Numbered from the stretch's first letter, positions 12,408 to 25,753 are shown. The stretch is 64,000 bases of DNA from Octopus sinensis (GCF_006345805.1 NC_043005.1:43152001-43216000), one strand, 5' to 3'. The notes: generated from the sequence alone by a model not told the origin. Translations and numbers: made by a program.

Positions 12408-14387
12408 TTTAATGTATTTTTGTAATGCAATTATTATTGATTTTAGTCTCGCTTTACAAGATGGTTTTGACAACAACCTCACAGCAATTATCATAAAGTC
12501 GCTTACTTTGAACTCAATACTAATTATGGCTTCATGTCACTAATTCTTGGAACCTGAAAGGAAATGTAACTTGTAAGGAAACTGTGTGGTCTCGGTGCTT
12601 TAAATTGCATTGATGAATATGATCCCCTACTATCCACTAATGTTCATAAAGTGAGTATTTAGCTGCAAGGAAAGAGATATTGCTTCTTGTATAGAGTACA
12701 GGCTTATCTCACTTAAAATTCCCAGAAGACTGCTGAAGGATCTGGCCAAAAATAACTCACATTTATGGACTAGTAATCCAATACCCTGTTGTCTTGACCA
12801 TTCCTCTCTTCCTGTATTATTGCATTATACAGGCTTATCTCCCTTGAAAAAAATGGTTACTTGCATGTCACTAATTTACCTAACTTATCAGCTGCATAGA
12901 CTTCGCTTCAGTAGTTTATTGAAATGAAGCCATTATTGTAAATAAATAGAGCAGGCAGTCTGCAGTTGGCTGTCCTTAATATTAAACTATTCAATTGTAT
13001 GTGAAATGGGTTGGGCCAGCATAGATTTATGTGCTTTGCTGTGGAACAAAATACAATGCGCTTTGCAGCATTTGAACTCTTCAAATTTTGTGGGGGGCAG
13101 AATCTTAGCATTTTAATTACCTATTATTTTAACCTCATTTGTTACTATATTTCAGAACTGTTTTCTATAGCTGCCTCAGGGTCACCTTGCGCAAGTGTTG
13201 TTGTCTAGTTTGTTCAAAAAGTTAACTGTATTATTTTATTAAATAGATGAATGGAGGTAGCTATTTTGAACTAAGCATATTTTGTTTTATCTGTTGGTTT
13301 TTTTTTTTTTTTTTTTGCTTGTCTTAATTTTTATTTGATAGTTCATTTAGATTAATTAAAGATTAAGACTCAATCATTGCCAGCATGTAGAAATTTATTT
13401 AGTATACATAAACTAGGTCAGTCTGACAGCTTGATGAATGAAGCTTAATGATCTGATGGAATTTTGTTTTGTATAGCTCAATGGTCGGTTCACTTGATTC
13501 TCCGAGAACCAATGAATGGGGCACAAAGCCCTTTTTAATAAGTTCTATAGATGACATCTATTACCACATTTTATAGATATTATCAGCTAATAATTTGTTA
13601 GGAAGAAATTCCCCTGGAGATTTCTTCAACTGTATAATAAACCCAATTGAGCTTTGGGGTTTATGATCTCCTTGCACATGAAAATCTCCAACTGTGAGGT
13701 TGTGTTGCATGATATTTGTCAGCAGTATTCTGTCTAGTTAGGTCTTTCAACATTTGTAGGATTATAAACAGACTGATATTGATGTAAATGTGTACTCTGG
13801 CACAGTATCATTTTGTAAATTCCATTAAAGATACATTCCAACAATTTTTTTTCTTCTTTTTATTTTATATTTCTTTTCAAATATTCTGAGATAATCAAAA
13901 GTTTTATTTTGAAAGTAAAAACATTTTCTTATTTATTGGTGCTCGTCTCTTTGCTATCTCTAATACATTTCTTTATTTAAGAATATTACACAGATACTTC
14001 ACTTAGTAGACTATCTAATAAGAAATCTCTCTGATGTTAGTGTTCCGTCTTGAAATATTTATAAATTAAATGCCTTAAATAGCAGTAGTATGTCGGAAGA
14101 TAAAAGAATATGATTGAGGCTTTACATTTTAGCAGTTATAGTGTGCCTTATGTTTTTTTTTTCACTGTGGTGGCCATCTGCATTTGAATTTTATGTTGTG
14201 ATTCTTAAGTGGCAACTAAAACTCTTTTTATACTTCAACAAAACTATGTCAACATAGAAGCTAATAGCATCAAAGTTGTGTTGTAAATGTAAATTTGTGA
14301 GTTCAGTATCATCTTCTAAAGGACAAGTTTACTTGTTGAAAGATGGCATCAAGTGATGATGGTTAGAGATTAAATTGAATGCATAAA

Positions 14388-14700
14388 TGCAGGAGTGTCT
14401 GTAGTTAAGAAACTTGCTTCTTAATCTCTTAGTTTTGGATTCTGTTCCACTACTTGGCACCTTGGGCAGGTGTTTCTTTTACTATAGCTTCAGGCTGATC
14501 AAAGCTTTGTGAGTGGATTTGGTAGATGGAAACTGTAAGAAGCCTGTTATATATATATATATGTTTATGTGTTGTATATGTGTGTCTGTATGTTGGTATC
14601 TCTTTGTCTTGACAGCATATCAAGACAAGGATTGTTGTAAGTAAGTGTCACTGTCATACAGGTGGTGTCCTTTGTTCCCAGTCTTCCCTGAAAACCAGAT
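14388..14700 (+). mobile_element. SINE family B, 3'-truncated
   Basis: Family A head followed by the TGTCACTGTCATACAGGTGGTGTCC body seen at about 7300. Confidence 0.7.
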
Positions 14701-15211
14701 AATGCACGAATAATTCAAAATAATGCAGATAAATAAGCATTACATTTGAGAGAACCGTCTGGAGACTAAAAGGTTAAGCTTTGTTACAATGATTTAAAAG
14801 TGGCTGTTTAGAGACTGCAATGGTTTATATCTGTTGTCTTTGTGCTGTATCCATAGTCAAGACACAGCTGTGCATAGGGGACTCTTGAATGGTCCATCCC
14901 TTTTCTGACAGTAGTTAGGAACAATAATTTATTGAAGAATTTTAATGTGACTGACCCTGATGAAGCTATTAAAGGATTGATTATTGGTCTAATATTTGCT
15001 CAGAATCTAAACTTTTTTGCCACTAAGCCACTTGCCAGAAATGGTTATGGGACTGAGTGAAGGTATTCAAGTATATTTAGTTTCGTCATCATATTTCAAA
15101 TCCAGCTGGAGTCAATCTAGCCTTTTAATTTTTTCTTTCTTTTTATGGATTTAAGGATAGGAAGTTCCTTATGTATTCTGGTTTGAATTTGTAGCCAATG
15201 TTAGTTTAGAC

Positions 15212-15470
15212 GAGTGGTTCTCATCTGGGGTTCATATGACCATTGGGGGCCCATATAAGATTTTGTTGCTAAAATGAATGTGTAACAAACTGGTTATACT
15301 TTTATAATACACAAAATATTTTAAGAAGTTTTTTATACAATTCCTAATAATATTCAATTATAAAAATATAATAGGGTCTTTTTAGAACATGAGATGACTC
15401 TGAGGGTCCACCCAAGTAAAATAGGAATCAGGGGGGCCCATAGATTAAAAGAAATGTTCAAGAATCACTG
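15212..15470 (-). mobile_element. hAT-type MITE (same family as 4660)
   Basis: GAGTGGTTCTCA...AAGAATCACTG termini; degenerate 8-bp TSD GTTTAGAC/GGTTAGAT. Confidence 0.7.
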
Positions 15471-16439
15471 GGTTAGATACTATGTCTTTCATTCTTCTTT
15501 TCAAGTGGGCAGAGTCATTTGAAACCTGTGCCTGCAGCACCCGACTCGCCACAAACATTTGTAGCCTGTCTGTCAAAGCCAGGAATATTTTTTGTTATTC
15601 TAATCAATGACAGAGATGCAGTATATTCTATTATGTCCTCTTACAGCAGGAGTTCAAATATTGCATCAGTCAACTTTGCCTTTTAATTTTCCAGGAGTTG
15701 ATTCCGTTGAATGTATTCCACCCACCCACCCCTACATCCCCTCATAAAGATTTATGACAGTATGCCTTAATAATAAATCAATGTTGTTGTTGTTGTTATT
15801 ATTATTATGTCATTTGTTTTTTTTTTGTTTTTTTTTTGTTTTTTTTTCTCGTTTCTTCAATGAGTTCATGTCTGTTATATGTCTATATTGTATGAATAAT
15901 AACAATAGTGATGATAATGTATCCACATCTATGGGATGATAATGAAGAGAACCATCATCATCATCATCATCATCAAACTACAGCTACAAAATACTTTCGG
16001 TGTCCTATATAGCATCATTAACAGACCTGCTTTTTGCAACAAATTTGATATGATAGAGACATATTTAAATAGTTTTTTTTTTTTTTAAATTTTTTTTTTT
16101 TTTTATTGTTCTCCATTACTCAAAATAATAAAAAAAAACGAAGAAAAAATGTAATTGTTCAGACAGCAAACTATAACCCAAGCTAATGGTACTTTTCAAT
16201 AGTTTTCTGTTTTATTTTATATATTTATTTATTTATTTAATTTATTTTTTTTTTGTCAATTCAAAAGGAGTTTTTAGTAATATATTTTATTCAGAATTTT
16301 TATCCTAATGAAGAGAGTTATATTAATTGCTGTTGCTTCTGTCAATTTTATAGTACTGATGTTTAAATCTGATCTATGGCATTGTGCAATCATCCTGAAA
16401 TTATTCTTTTTAATGTACTTTTTCTGATTTCATGTAAAA

Positions 16440-16508
16440 TAGTGTATATATACACACACACACGGGTGTGTGTATGTGTTTATGTATCTGTGTGTATGTG
16501 CGTGCGTA

Positions 16509-16589
<81 letters not shown>

Positions 16590-16600
16590 ATATATAGATA
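16440..16600. repeat. (TG)n/(TA)n microsatellite
   Basis: Directly visible. Confidence 0.95.
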
Positions 16601-17989
16601 TAGATATCTTTAACATTATCATATCATCATTTATATACCATTCTCTGAAATAAAGTTTGGGACTGATAAATTCAAATGTAAAAGCATGGAAAAACATTTG
16701 ATAACAAACATTTATGTGTATTATATTTTTTCAAGAATGTCAAATTCAACCCTAAAATTAGATTTACCTAAATCTGTCTTGCAAAAATGGTAATTTTCTA
16801 TTATTCACCTGCGTCCATCAAACTAAACTTGACAATATCCTTCTGTTGTTTTATATATTAAAATTTCCATACATAGAGGACAGCATCTCTTTCTCTCTCT
16901 CTGCATTCTAAAGAATTATTATGACTGGATTTGTCCCTTGTATTTTAAATGTTTAACTTATATTGTTTTCTATAGTTAAGGATTTGACGGTTGTTCTCAT
17001 AATTATATTTGTCTAGGAATCTAGAGAAAATGCAGTTAACATTTATGCCCACAAGAAGAGACTTCCACGTCTTATCATAATGCAAAAAAAGAAAAAAAGA
17101 AAAGTGCTAAGTTTAAAGCATTTAGTGTAAAGATCATGTTGGTGGCCTTTGCACTCAGCACAAAACTTAGTGTTATCCACATTGCTATCAATTTTCACAC
17201 AAACTATTTGTCACAATGTTTCAGGTATGTGCAAGGTGACAGTTCTGTCCGGTTGTCCCCATTGTGAATTTGTGTGATGATTAGCTTTTCCATGACTTTA
17301 AGGGGTTTTCTAGGATCTCAAATATTAAAATTTGCTTACTACAGTTTTTGTTGAAACACATTTGTATGGAATTAGAACAAACAATGGCTGGAATATCAGT
17401 TGGCCTTTGACATTAATTGGCGCAACAACAGTTTATAGAGTCTACAAATATTTACCTTCTTTAACCAACCATACTGCTAAGCCAAAAAATAAATAAAACA
17501 AACATCCTGAAACTAGATCCAACTTGATCTGATTGTCAAATTACATGGAGCATGTACATTCTATTATTGAGTAAATGGAATATATGTGATAGCTATCATA
17601 AGCTTTTGTTAAATGATTTCTGAGCCATAAAGCCTGCTTTCACTTAATCAGAACAAAGATAAGGGTGTAGGGGCATTTTGCCCTCAATAAAGCTTAAGCT
17701 TATGTTAAGTTTAAAAGAAAACTTATGGCTATGTTTCGAGATTTTGACAATAATTGCTAAATATATATTTTGGGACAAATGGAAGCAAAACAATGATATT
17801 TCCAGTGTCTCTACTACCACTATCAAAAGTATGTTTTGGTATTTTGTATTTGATGATTGTAATAATTTTTTTTTTACATTTGTTATTTTGTGCTATACAG
17901 GTGTGGTAGAAAACAATTGACAGGACATAAATCTCTACTTGTAATCCATGCCCTCTCCAGTTATCTCTATATCTTTTGCCTTTTATTTT

Positions 17990-18280
17990 TTCACCTATTT
18001 CAGTCTATAGATTGCGGCCATGCTGGGGCACTACCTTGAACTTTTAGTTGAATGAATCAACCCCCCAGGATTTATTTCTTAAGCTTAGTACTTATTCTGT
18101 GGATCTATTCTGCTGGACTGCTAAGTTTACGGGGATGTAATCACACGAACACCGGTTGTCAAATGGTGTTGGGGGCAAGGACAGCAGACACAAAGACACA
18201 CAAATATATATACCTACATACATACATACATACATACATACATACATACATACATACATGCATACATGTCTATCTATCTA

Positions 18281-18350
<70 letters not shown>
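17990..18350 (-). mobile_element. SINE family A 3' half running into (CATA)(TC)(TA) microsatellites
   Basis: GCGGCCATGCTGGGGCAC and CTAAGTTTACGGGGATGTAA motifs. Confidence 0.75.
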
Positions 18351-18352
<2 letters not shown>

Positions 18353-19279
18353 AATGAGGGTGAAAAAAATTTGATATTAATTTAATAATACCATCAATTT
18401 AACACCAAGTGGCTTAGCACATAAAACTAGAGAGATAATACAAATAGTGGTAACTCTCTAATAATTTATGTATATATACATATATATATAGTTAGCTATA
18501 TATTGTTGATTTTGTATGAATATTATAATATTTTTTTCTAATGCAAGTTAGATCTGATCTGAGAAGTCACCTCAGTAATAAGCGAAAATTGAAATCATTA
18601 TCTCATCTCTAACAACGGTTATCCTGTTGATATCTTCCTGGAATATTGTAATATTCATATGTCACAGCCAGTGTGTGCCTTATTGAATCTGTTTACAAAT
18701 TGTTGCTCTGCAATCTCATTGAATGCATGTCTCACTTACTGAGAGGATGTACTTAGAGAAATTGCTTTCTTGCAACTCTGTTATATTGGCATATGCTTTT
18801 TAAAAAGTCAAGTAGGTTTGTTCTTGTCTCTTTTTGCTGTTGTCCTATTTTTCATGCCATCATTGCTCACTCACTTTTATTCTAACATTTATTCGTTTCA
18901 TTCTTGAATTTTTCCATTGCATCCCTAAAATTCTACTTATTTATTTCAGTCAACAGTTTTATTTATTTGCAAAACTTTTCAGTCTGGTTTAACTTTTAAT
19001 CTTCAGTTTTTCTCTTCTCCTCCTCCTCCTCTCAACTGTTATCATCCATAATAAGGTCTATTTTTCTATCAATGTTCCATCATCGTATAGGGTCCCTAGT
19101 CCTCTGAGTTATATCAAGAATATGTTGTACATTTACGCACTCACCTGTCTCTGAAGTACAAACACCACTAAGATGTTTTCCAGGCTTTCTTCTCTTAAAT
19201 TCTTTTATACAAGATGAAAATCTTCCTAGCATAACTCATCGATCGTTTCCTTATTTCTTTAAGATGCCTAGATATGTGC

Positions 19280-19545
19280 TGGTGCCACTTAAAAAAGCAC
19301 TCATGCTGGTGCCACAGAAAAAGCAGTGGCACTGGTGCCACGTTAAAAGGCACTGGTGCCAGTGCCGCATAAAAAGCATCCAGTACACTTTGTGGAGTAG
19401 TTACCATTAGGAAAGTTGGCATCCAGCTGTAGAAATCATGCCAGAATAGATAATGGAGCCTGGCGCAGCCCCTGGCCTTACGAGCTCCGCTCAGACTATC
19501 CAACCCATGTCAGCATGGAACACGGGATTTAAATGTTGATGGTGA
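19280..19545 (+). mobile_element. Non-autonomous element with an RTE-type 3' end
   Basis: TGGTGCCACGTTAAAAGGCAC repeats, GGCATCCAGCTGTAGAAA and CCAACCCATGTCAGCATGGAA...TGATG tail. Confidence 0.8.
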
Positions 19546-19645
19546 TGATATGTGTGTTTGTGTGCAAGAGAGAGGGTGAGTAAGATGGAGAGGAGATATG
19601 TCTCTAAATGTCTGTAGCAAGTGAAATAATAGTAGTTTCCATTCT

Positions 19646-19870
19646 TTAATCCTTTAGCATTTAAACTAGCCATATTTGGCCAAAATATTTTGCCAGTCTT
19701 ATTTTCAAACTGGCCAGATATGGCCTCTCACACCAACCCTACAATATCATTTGAAAAAGTTAGCAGTTATCTCTTCAAATTCTCAACGCTACAACATAAT
19801 GCATGATTAATACAAAATAATGTGATTAAATCAGCATTCTGACAGTATAATATGAATGCTAAAGGGTTAG
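19646..19870. mobile_element. TTAA-flanked MITE, family 1
   Basis: TTAATCCTTTAGCATT...AATGCTAAAGGGTTAG termini. Confidence 0.8.
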
Positions 19871-20579
19871 GCATTGCTTTGAAAGGAAAAAAAAAATTAA
19901 GATTTGGTCTTAGACTGAATCCTAGCTCTAGGCTGCTAATCATATGTGAATTATTGATGTGGTTCTCAAGTAGCATAAAACATATTTTACTAAGACCATG
20001 ATTCATGCCTCAATTTCACTATAAATAGGAACTGTCTTAATAACAGCACATATTTATATTCTCTCTCTCATCAGCGAAACTCATTAACACAAAATTAATA
20101 TTATTATAAGTTTAGAATAAAGATTACTGTTTTAATAGTGTTACGGCTAAACGTTTGGTGCATCTAATAATATCTCTCGATGCAGTTCCTAAAATATTGC
20201 CTTTCTCTTTTTGAACATTCTTACACATACGCGCACACACACACATGTATGTGTGTATAAAACCTTGATTAATATATTTAATATGATCTACTCTTTAATC
20301 TTGCTACCAGAGAATTGTAATACATAGTTTTTATGTAGTTCTTATAATCATTGAAAAACTATACTCATATTTCAAGTGTAGCAGGCCCTTGCATCGCATA
20401 GCAAAAAAAAAGCCCCATGGACAAAATTATATGTACTTCACACTTACTTTAATTTATGAACCATAAACTAAAGAATATACATACTTTCTTTAGTTTATGG
20501 GCCTAGTATAAAATACAAGGCACTAAAGATTATATATATATATTGATAAAAAAAAAAAAAAAAGAGTAAAGAAATATAT

Positions 20580-20632
<53 letters not shown>

Positions 20633-20939
20633 CTATTGGTTCGATTTAAGTTTTGTAAAGAAGGGTATCAAGGGTTAACTGCTTTTCCTTTATGAACCTC
20701 TAATTATTACTTACAACAAATCAAATCTTATGATTCATGCTTCATCAATCAAATTCTGAATAATTTTCTGAAAGTTGCTCCAGGACAAAAAATATTTTCC
20801 AAAGGAGGTTTTTTCAATAAAATTTCTGCTGCTAAACCTAATTATTGAGGAATTGACTCCTTAAGGTCTTCTGTCTCGGTATCAGTGTGCAACCTTGAAC
20901 ATTACTTGCATTAATTACTTGCATCACAATCAAATTCGA

Positions 20940-21400
20940 TGACTGGCATCTGTGCTAGTGGAGCACTAAGAGCACCATTCAAGCATGATTGCTGCCAGAG
21001 CAGCTAACTGGCTTCTGTGCCGGTGGCACGTAAAAAGCATCATTCGAGCATGATTGTTACCAGCATCGCCTTACTGGCACTTGTGCTGGTGGCATGTGAA
21101 AAAACATTCAAGTGAGGTTGTTGCCAGTGTCGCTGGACTGGCTCCTGTGCAGGTGGCATGTAAAAAGACACCATTTGAGCGTGGCAGTTGCTAGTACCGC
21201 CTGACTGGCTCTCATGCCGGTGGCATGTAAAAGCACCCACTACACTCTCGGAGTGGTTGGCGTTAGGAAGGGCATCCAGCTGTAAAAACCCTGCCAAATC
21301 AAGATTGGAGTCTGGTGCAGCCATCTGGTTCGCCAGTCCTCAGTCAAATTGTCCAACCCATGCTAGCATGGAAAGCAGACATTAAACGATGATGATGATG
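20940..21400 (+). mobile_element. RTE-tail element with about five ~65-bp internal tandem units
   Basis: Repeated CTGTGC(C/T)GGTGGCA(C/T)GTAAAAAGCAC units, then CCAACCCATGCTAGCATGGAAAGCAGACATTAAACGATGATGATG. Confidence 0.85.
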
Positions 21401-21468
21401 AATTTCTTTGAATCCCATTTTCCATATTATCATATTGCACAAGGTTCTTCTTGTGCCATCCCCTATCT

Positions 21469-21682
21469 CAGTGTTTCTCAACCATTTTCTGCTTATGGAC
21501 CCCTTTAATTCCTATTTTTCCTTGGATGAGCCTCCACCATAGTCATTCAATGTTAAAATAAAATATCCTTTTATAGTTTTTATAATTAAATATTATTGGG
21601 AATTGTATAAGAATAATTATTGAAATATTTTGTGTATTAAGTATATAACCAATTTATTGCAGATAAATTTTATCAACAGAAT
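21469..21682 (+). mobile_element. hAT-type MITE, 5' part
   Basis: CAGTGTTTCTCAACC...TATGGACCCCTTT start; truncated by a SINE A fragment (about 21683-21945, minus strand). Confidence 0.7.
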
Positions 21683-22770
21683 CTTTTTGCTGAACTGCTA
21701 AGTTACAGGGATGTAAACACACTAACACAAGTTATCAAGCATTGCTGGGGGGGGGGGAAGACATGCGCACACACATTTACATACATACATACATGCACAC
21801 ACACACACACACACACACAAGCGCATACACACGCCCACACACGTGCACGCGCAGGCAGACAGGACTGGCTTCTTTCAGTTTCCTTCTGCCAAATCCTCTC
21901 ACAAAAGCTTTGGCTGCTCTGAAGCTATAATAGAAGGCATTTGCCTCTGATTAAGAACTTACAGCACTGTCCTATGTTGTTCCTCAACTACATTTGGACA
22001 CAGTGTTTGTCAAACCCAATGATACATGTATGTTTAACTTCTTAGCAAGCATTGTTGCTATTTTTTTTTTATTGCTCATAGTCTACTATGATTTAGTAGA
22101 ATGGTTTTGATGGACAGGTCTTCATCATTAATCATTGCATTCAACATGCTTTCAGAAATAGATATGACTACTTGATCTAGACTGTAGTAAAGTTATATCT
22201 CATGAAATGAAACATCTTCAACTGGTACACACGTTTGGAGTAAATTAAAATTTTGAAGGATGACTAAGAGCTGTGTTCAAAATTAGAAGTGTCTTTGACT
22301 CATGAGCCTTCTTCTCAAAATGACATTTGTCTGCAAAATGAAAATGTTCAACAAACTGGCTGTGTGCTTAAGAAGCTTGCTCTACTGTCGCGTGGTTTCA
22401 GGTTCAGTCCCACTGTGTGGTACCTTGGGCAATGTCTACTACAGGTTTCGCTAATGCCTTCCGAGGGAATGTGATAGACAAAAGCTGTGTGAAAGTCCAT
22501 AGTTTGTGTGTGTGGATTTGACCCCTTTCCACTTACTTGATAATTGAGGTTGATCTTTTTTGACTAAACCCATCGAGTTGGTGCCTCACCAAGACTGCAG
22601 TCCATTTCAAGGATGAAATGTAAGGGATTCTGGTATTCATTATAACACAAAGTGTGGACAACAGAATTTTCCAGAGGCAAAAATGACTGAAGGAACATTC
22701 ATAAAACATGAAATTCCTACTGGTTCTGTTAGTTACGAGCCATTATCAAGTCTTTGTAAGCTTGGATTGT

Positions 22771-23000
22771 TTGAATCCTTTAGCATTCAGATTTCTCTGT
22801 CAAATGTAATGTTTATTTATTCAGATTGCTTTGAATTAATCATGCATTATCTTTTTTGTGCTGATATTTCAATGATGGACTTGTTTATTTTTAGCATGAC
22901 ATTGTAGGCTAGGTATGAGAGGCCAGATTTGGACAGTTTGAAGCTAAAACAAGTATAACTTTTGAGCCAGATATGGTTAGTTTAAATGATATATAGTTAA
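22771..23000. mobile_element. TTAA-flanked MITE family 1, degraded
   Basis: CCTTTAGCATTCAGATT start; GGCCAGATTTGG internal motif. Confidence 0.65.
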
Positions 23001-23014
23001 GGAAAATATATAGG

Positions 23015-23640
23015 CACAAGGCCCTGAATTTTTAGAGAGGGGGTCAGTTGATTAGATCAACCCCAGAATGTAACTGATACCTAATTTATTGACCCCGAAA
23101 AGATGAAAGGCAAAGTTGGCCTTGGCAGAATTTGAACTCAAAATATAAGACAGACGAAATACCGCTAAGCATTTTGCCTGGCGTGTTAATGTTTCTGCCA
23201 GCTTCTGTCTTGCAAGGGTCATCTGCAATCAATAAAATAAATAGCAATCAATCCCTCTTTTTTTTTTTCCTTTTATTTGTTTTGGTCATAAGACTGTGGC
23301 TATGTACTTATTTTTTACTATTAAGCCTGGTACTTATTCTATCAGTCTCTTTTGTAGAACCGCTAAGTTATAGGGGATCGAAACACACACACTTTCACCT
23401 GACAGGCTTCTTTTAGTTTCCGTCTACCAAATTCACACACAAGTCTTTAGTTGGCCTCAGGCTATATAGTAGAAGACACTTGCTCAGGATGCCACACAAT
23501 GGGACTGTACCTGGAACCATGTGGTTGGAAAGCAAACTTCCAACCACACAGCCATCATGCCTCCATCTATGTTTGACTAAACCCCTCAAAGTGGTGCTCC
23601 AGCATGGCTGCAGTCCAATGAGTGAAGCAAGTGGAAGATA
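23015..23640 (-). mobile_element. Cluster of SINE C (about 23015-23205) and SINE A fragments (about 23260-23640)
   Basis: Motif matches to the other copies. Confidence 0.7.
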
Positions 23641-24471
23641 ACAGATAGCTGATTGTGTATAAACAAATTGGGTGTCGGGGTGGGGGAATAAAAAAAAATG
23701 TTCCAAAAATCTTAGTTGAGGACTCTTTTGGCACCTGAAGTTAAAAAGCTGAAATAGATCTCCTCAGAGCAAGTTAACGAATAGTTAAACAGAAGGGTAA
23801 AATATTGTAGATGCCTATTTACGTGTGGGTGGGTAGGTTAAGAGGTCATTGATGATTTTTTTCCTACAAGAGTATTACGGGATTGAAATGCGAGGAATTC
23901 TGGTATTCATAATAACACAAAGTGTGGACAGTAGAGTTTTGTTAACTGCTCTGCTTTTGTCCTGATGTTCTACTACTACTACTACTACTACTACTGTTAA
24001 CTGATGGTTACATTACTGGCGTGTAATGATGTATTCCAGATCCATTTCAACATAACTATGTATAATTAGTGGTATATTTATGCTGCAATGTTTCATACAG
24101 GCCCCTATTCCTTAACTAATTAAACATCCTGAGGCTATTTTCATCATATTGATATGAGCTTCATTTAAGTACCTCCTACACACTGCTAATTCTCACTCTC
24201 TCTCTCTCTCTCTCTACCTGTTACTAATTCACTATTCCTTCCTTTCCTCCTCCTCCTCCCACCACCCCACCGTCTCTCCCACTCTCTCATCTGCTGACTT
24301 TGTTTATTTCTTCTCCATATTTCCTGTTGCAATCCAACATTCTCCTATTCTCCCTCCCAATAACTCTAACCATAACTCAAATTCTTTTCTTTTTCTTCAT
24401 TTTTTTTTCATTTATCTTATTTTACTTTTTTATTAAATATTTTTTTTTACCGTAACTTTTGTTAAATTCTC

Positions 24472-24511
<40 letters not shown>

Positions 24512-25269
24512 TTGGTTAATCTACTTCCCCTTGCTCTATATCTACAGGTGATTGTTGCCCATATTCATAGTTTACAAGCTGTAGCTTACTTCTTTGAGTG
24601 TCTGCTTCAATCGGGATATTTATCTGTCTAACCCTAATGTATCCAATTTCTCTTGGCAGCGAGGTGCTGTTTCTGCTACTGAATGCATATATAAATTGCT
24701 ACATAAGGGAGCACCTGACAGACTGTCTGGTGAAATGTGTGGGTTAGGAGAAGGAAGGAATCAGGCAAGTTAGTTGTTGTGATAATTATACTTGTTGCGG
24801 AGGTACGGTGGAATCATTGCAGAACAATGTCAACAGTAAGGCAATATCTTTGGTATTTCAAACAGCTGCTGTGACCCACCTGTTTGCTTATGCTGATTCT
24901 CCTTACGATTTCTTTTGGGTTCTCCTAGGCCTGCTGCTGATAACTTGGCACACTGCCATTTATCAACAGATTATAACTTGCACGTGCATAATGCAATAAG
25001 AATAATACCTTACTTGACTACATAAACAAACAGATACTGCAATGTACTATCATGTAACTGAAATATACGGATAACTATGTAGGCAGCTACTAGTCTGTAA
25101 CTGGTAAATAGAAATACATGAATAAGTACTTATATAAGAAAACACTTAATTATATAACTCATAATTATATAAGACAACGCATACTTCAATTTTTTTTTAA
25201 TGCTAATATTTCAATACTGTTTCACATAAATTTATTTTTTATTTTTTTTTATTTTTTGGTTTTGATTTG

Positions 25270-25655
25270 TTTCAGTTTCAGTTATTAGATTGTGGCCATG
25301 CTGGGGCACCGCCCCTTGAAGAATTTTTAGTCAAATGAATTGACCCTAGTAATTGTTTTTTTTTTTTGTGTGCTTTTGTTTTTTTAAGCCTGGTACTTAT
25401 TATATTGATTTCTGTTGCCAAGCTGCTAAGTTACAGGGATGTAAACAAACACCTGTTGTCAAGCGGTGGTGGGGGACAAGCACAGACATGAACACACACA
25501 CACACACACACACAGCTTCTTTCAGTTTTTGTCTACCAAATCCATTCCTAGTTCGAGACTATAGCTGATGACACTTGCCCAAGGTGCCACACAGTGGGAC
25601 TGAACCTGGAACCATGTGGTTGGGAAGCCAACTTTTTATCACACAGCCACATCTC
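25270..25655 (-). mobile_element. SINE family A
   Basis: Full-length reverse-complement copy. Confidence 0.85.
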
Positions 25656-25753
25656 TATGTCTTTGCTCAAAAGTAAATATCTTGGTCCAGTTCTCAACTC
25701 AGTATATGACCAGCACTAAACTTAACTTCTCACAGATCTCTGTAAGAGAAGCT

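Noticed and set aside
13637-13664. Imperfect 10-bp hairpin with ATAAAC/GTTTAT arms
   Set aside because: Short and bulged; plausible by chance, although it echoes the two 15-bp hairpins
24946-24958. TGGCAGTGTG on the minus strand matches the 5' end of miR-34
   Set aside because: Only 10 nt match, the motif spans the loop of a 36-nt hairpin, and there is no pre-miRNA geometry
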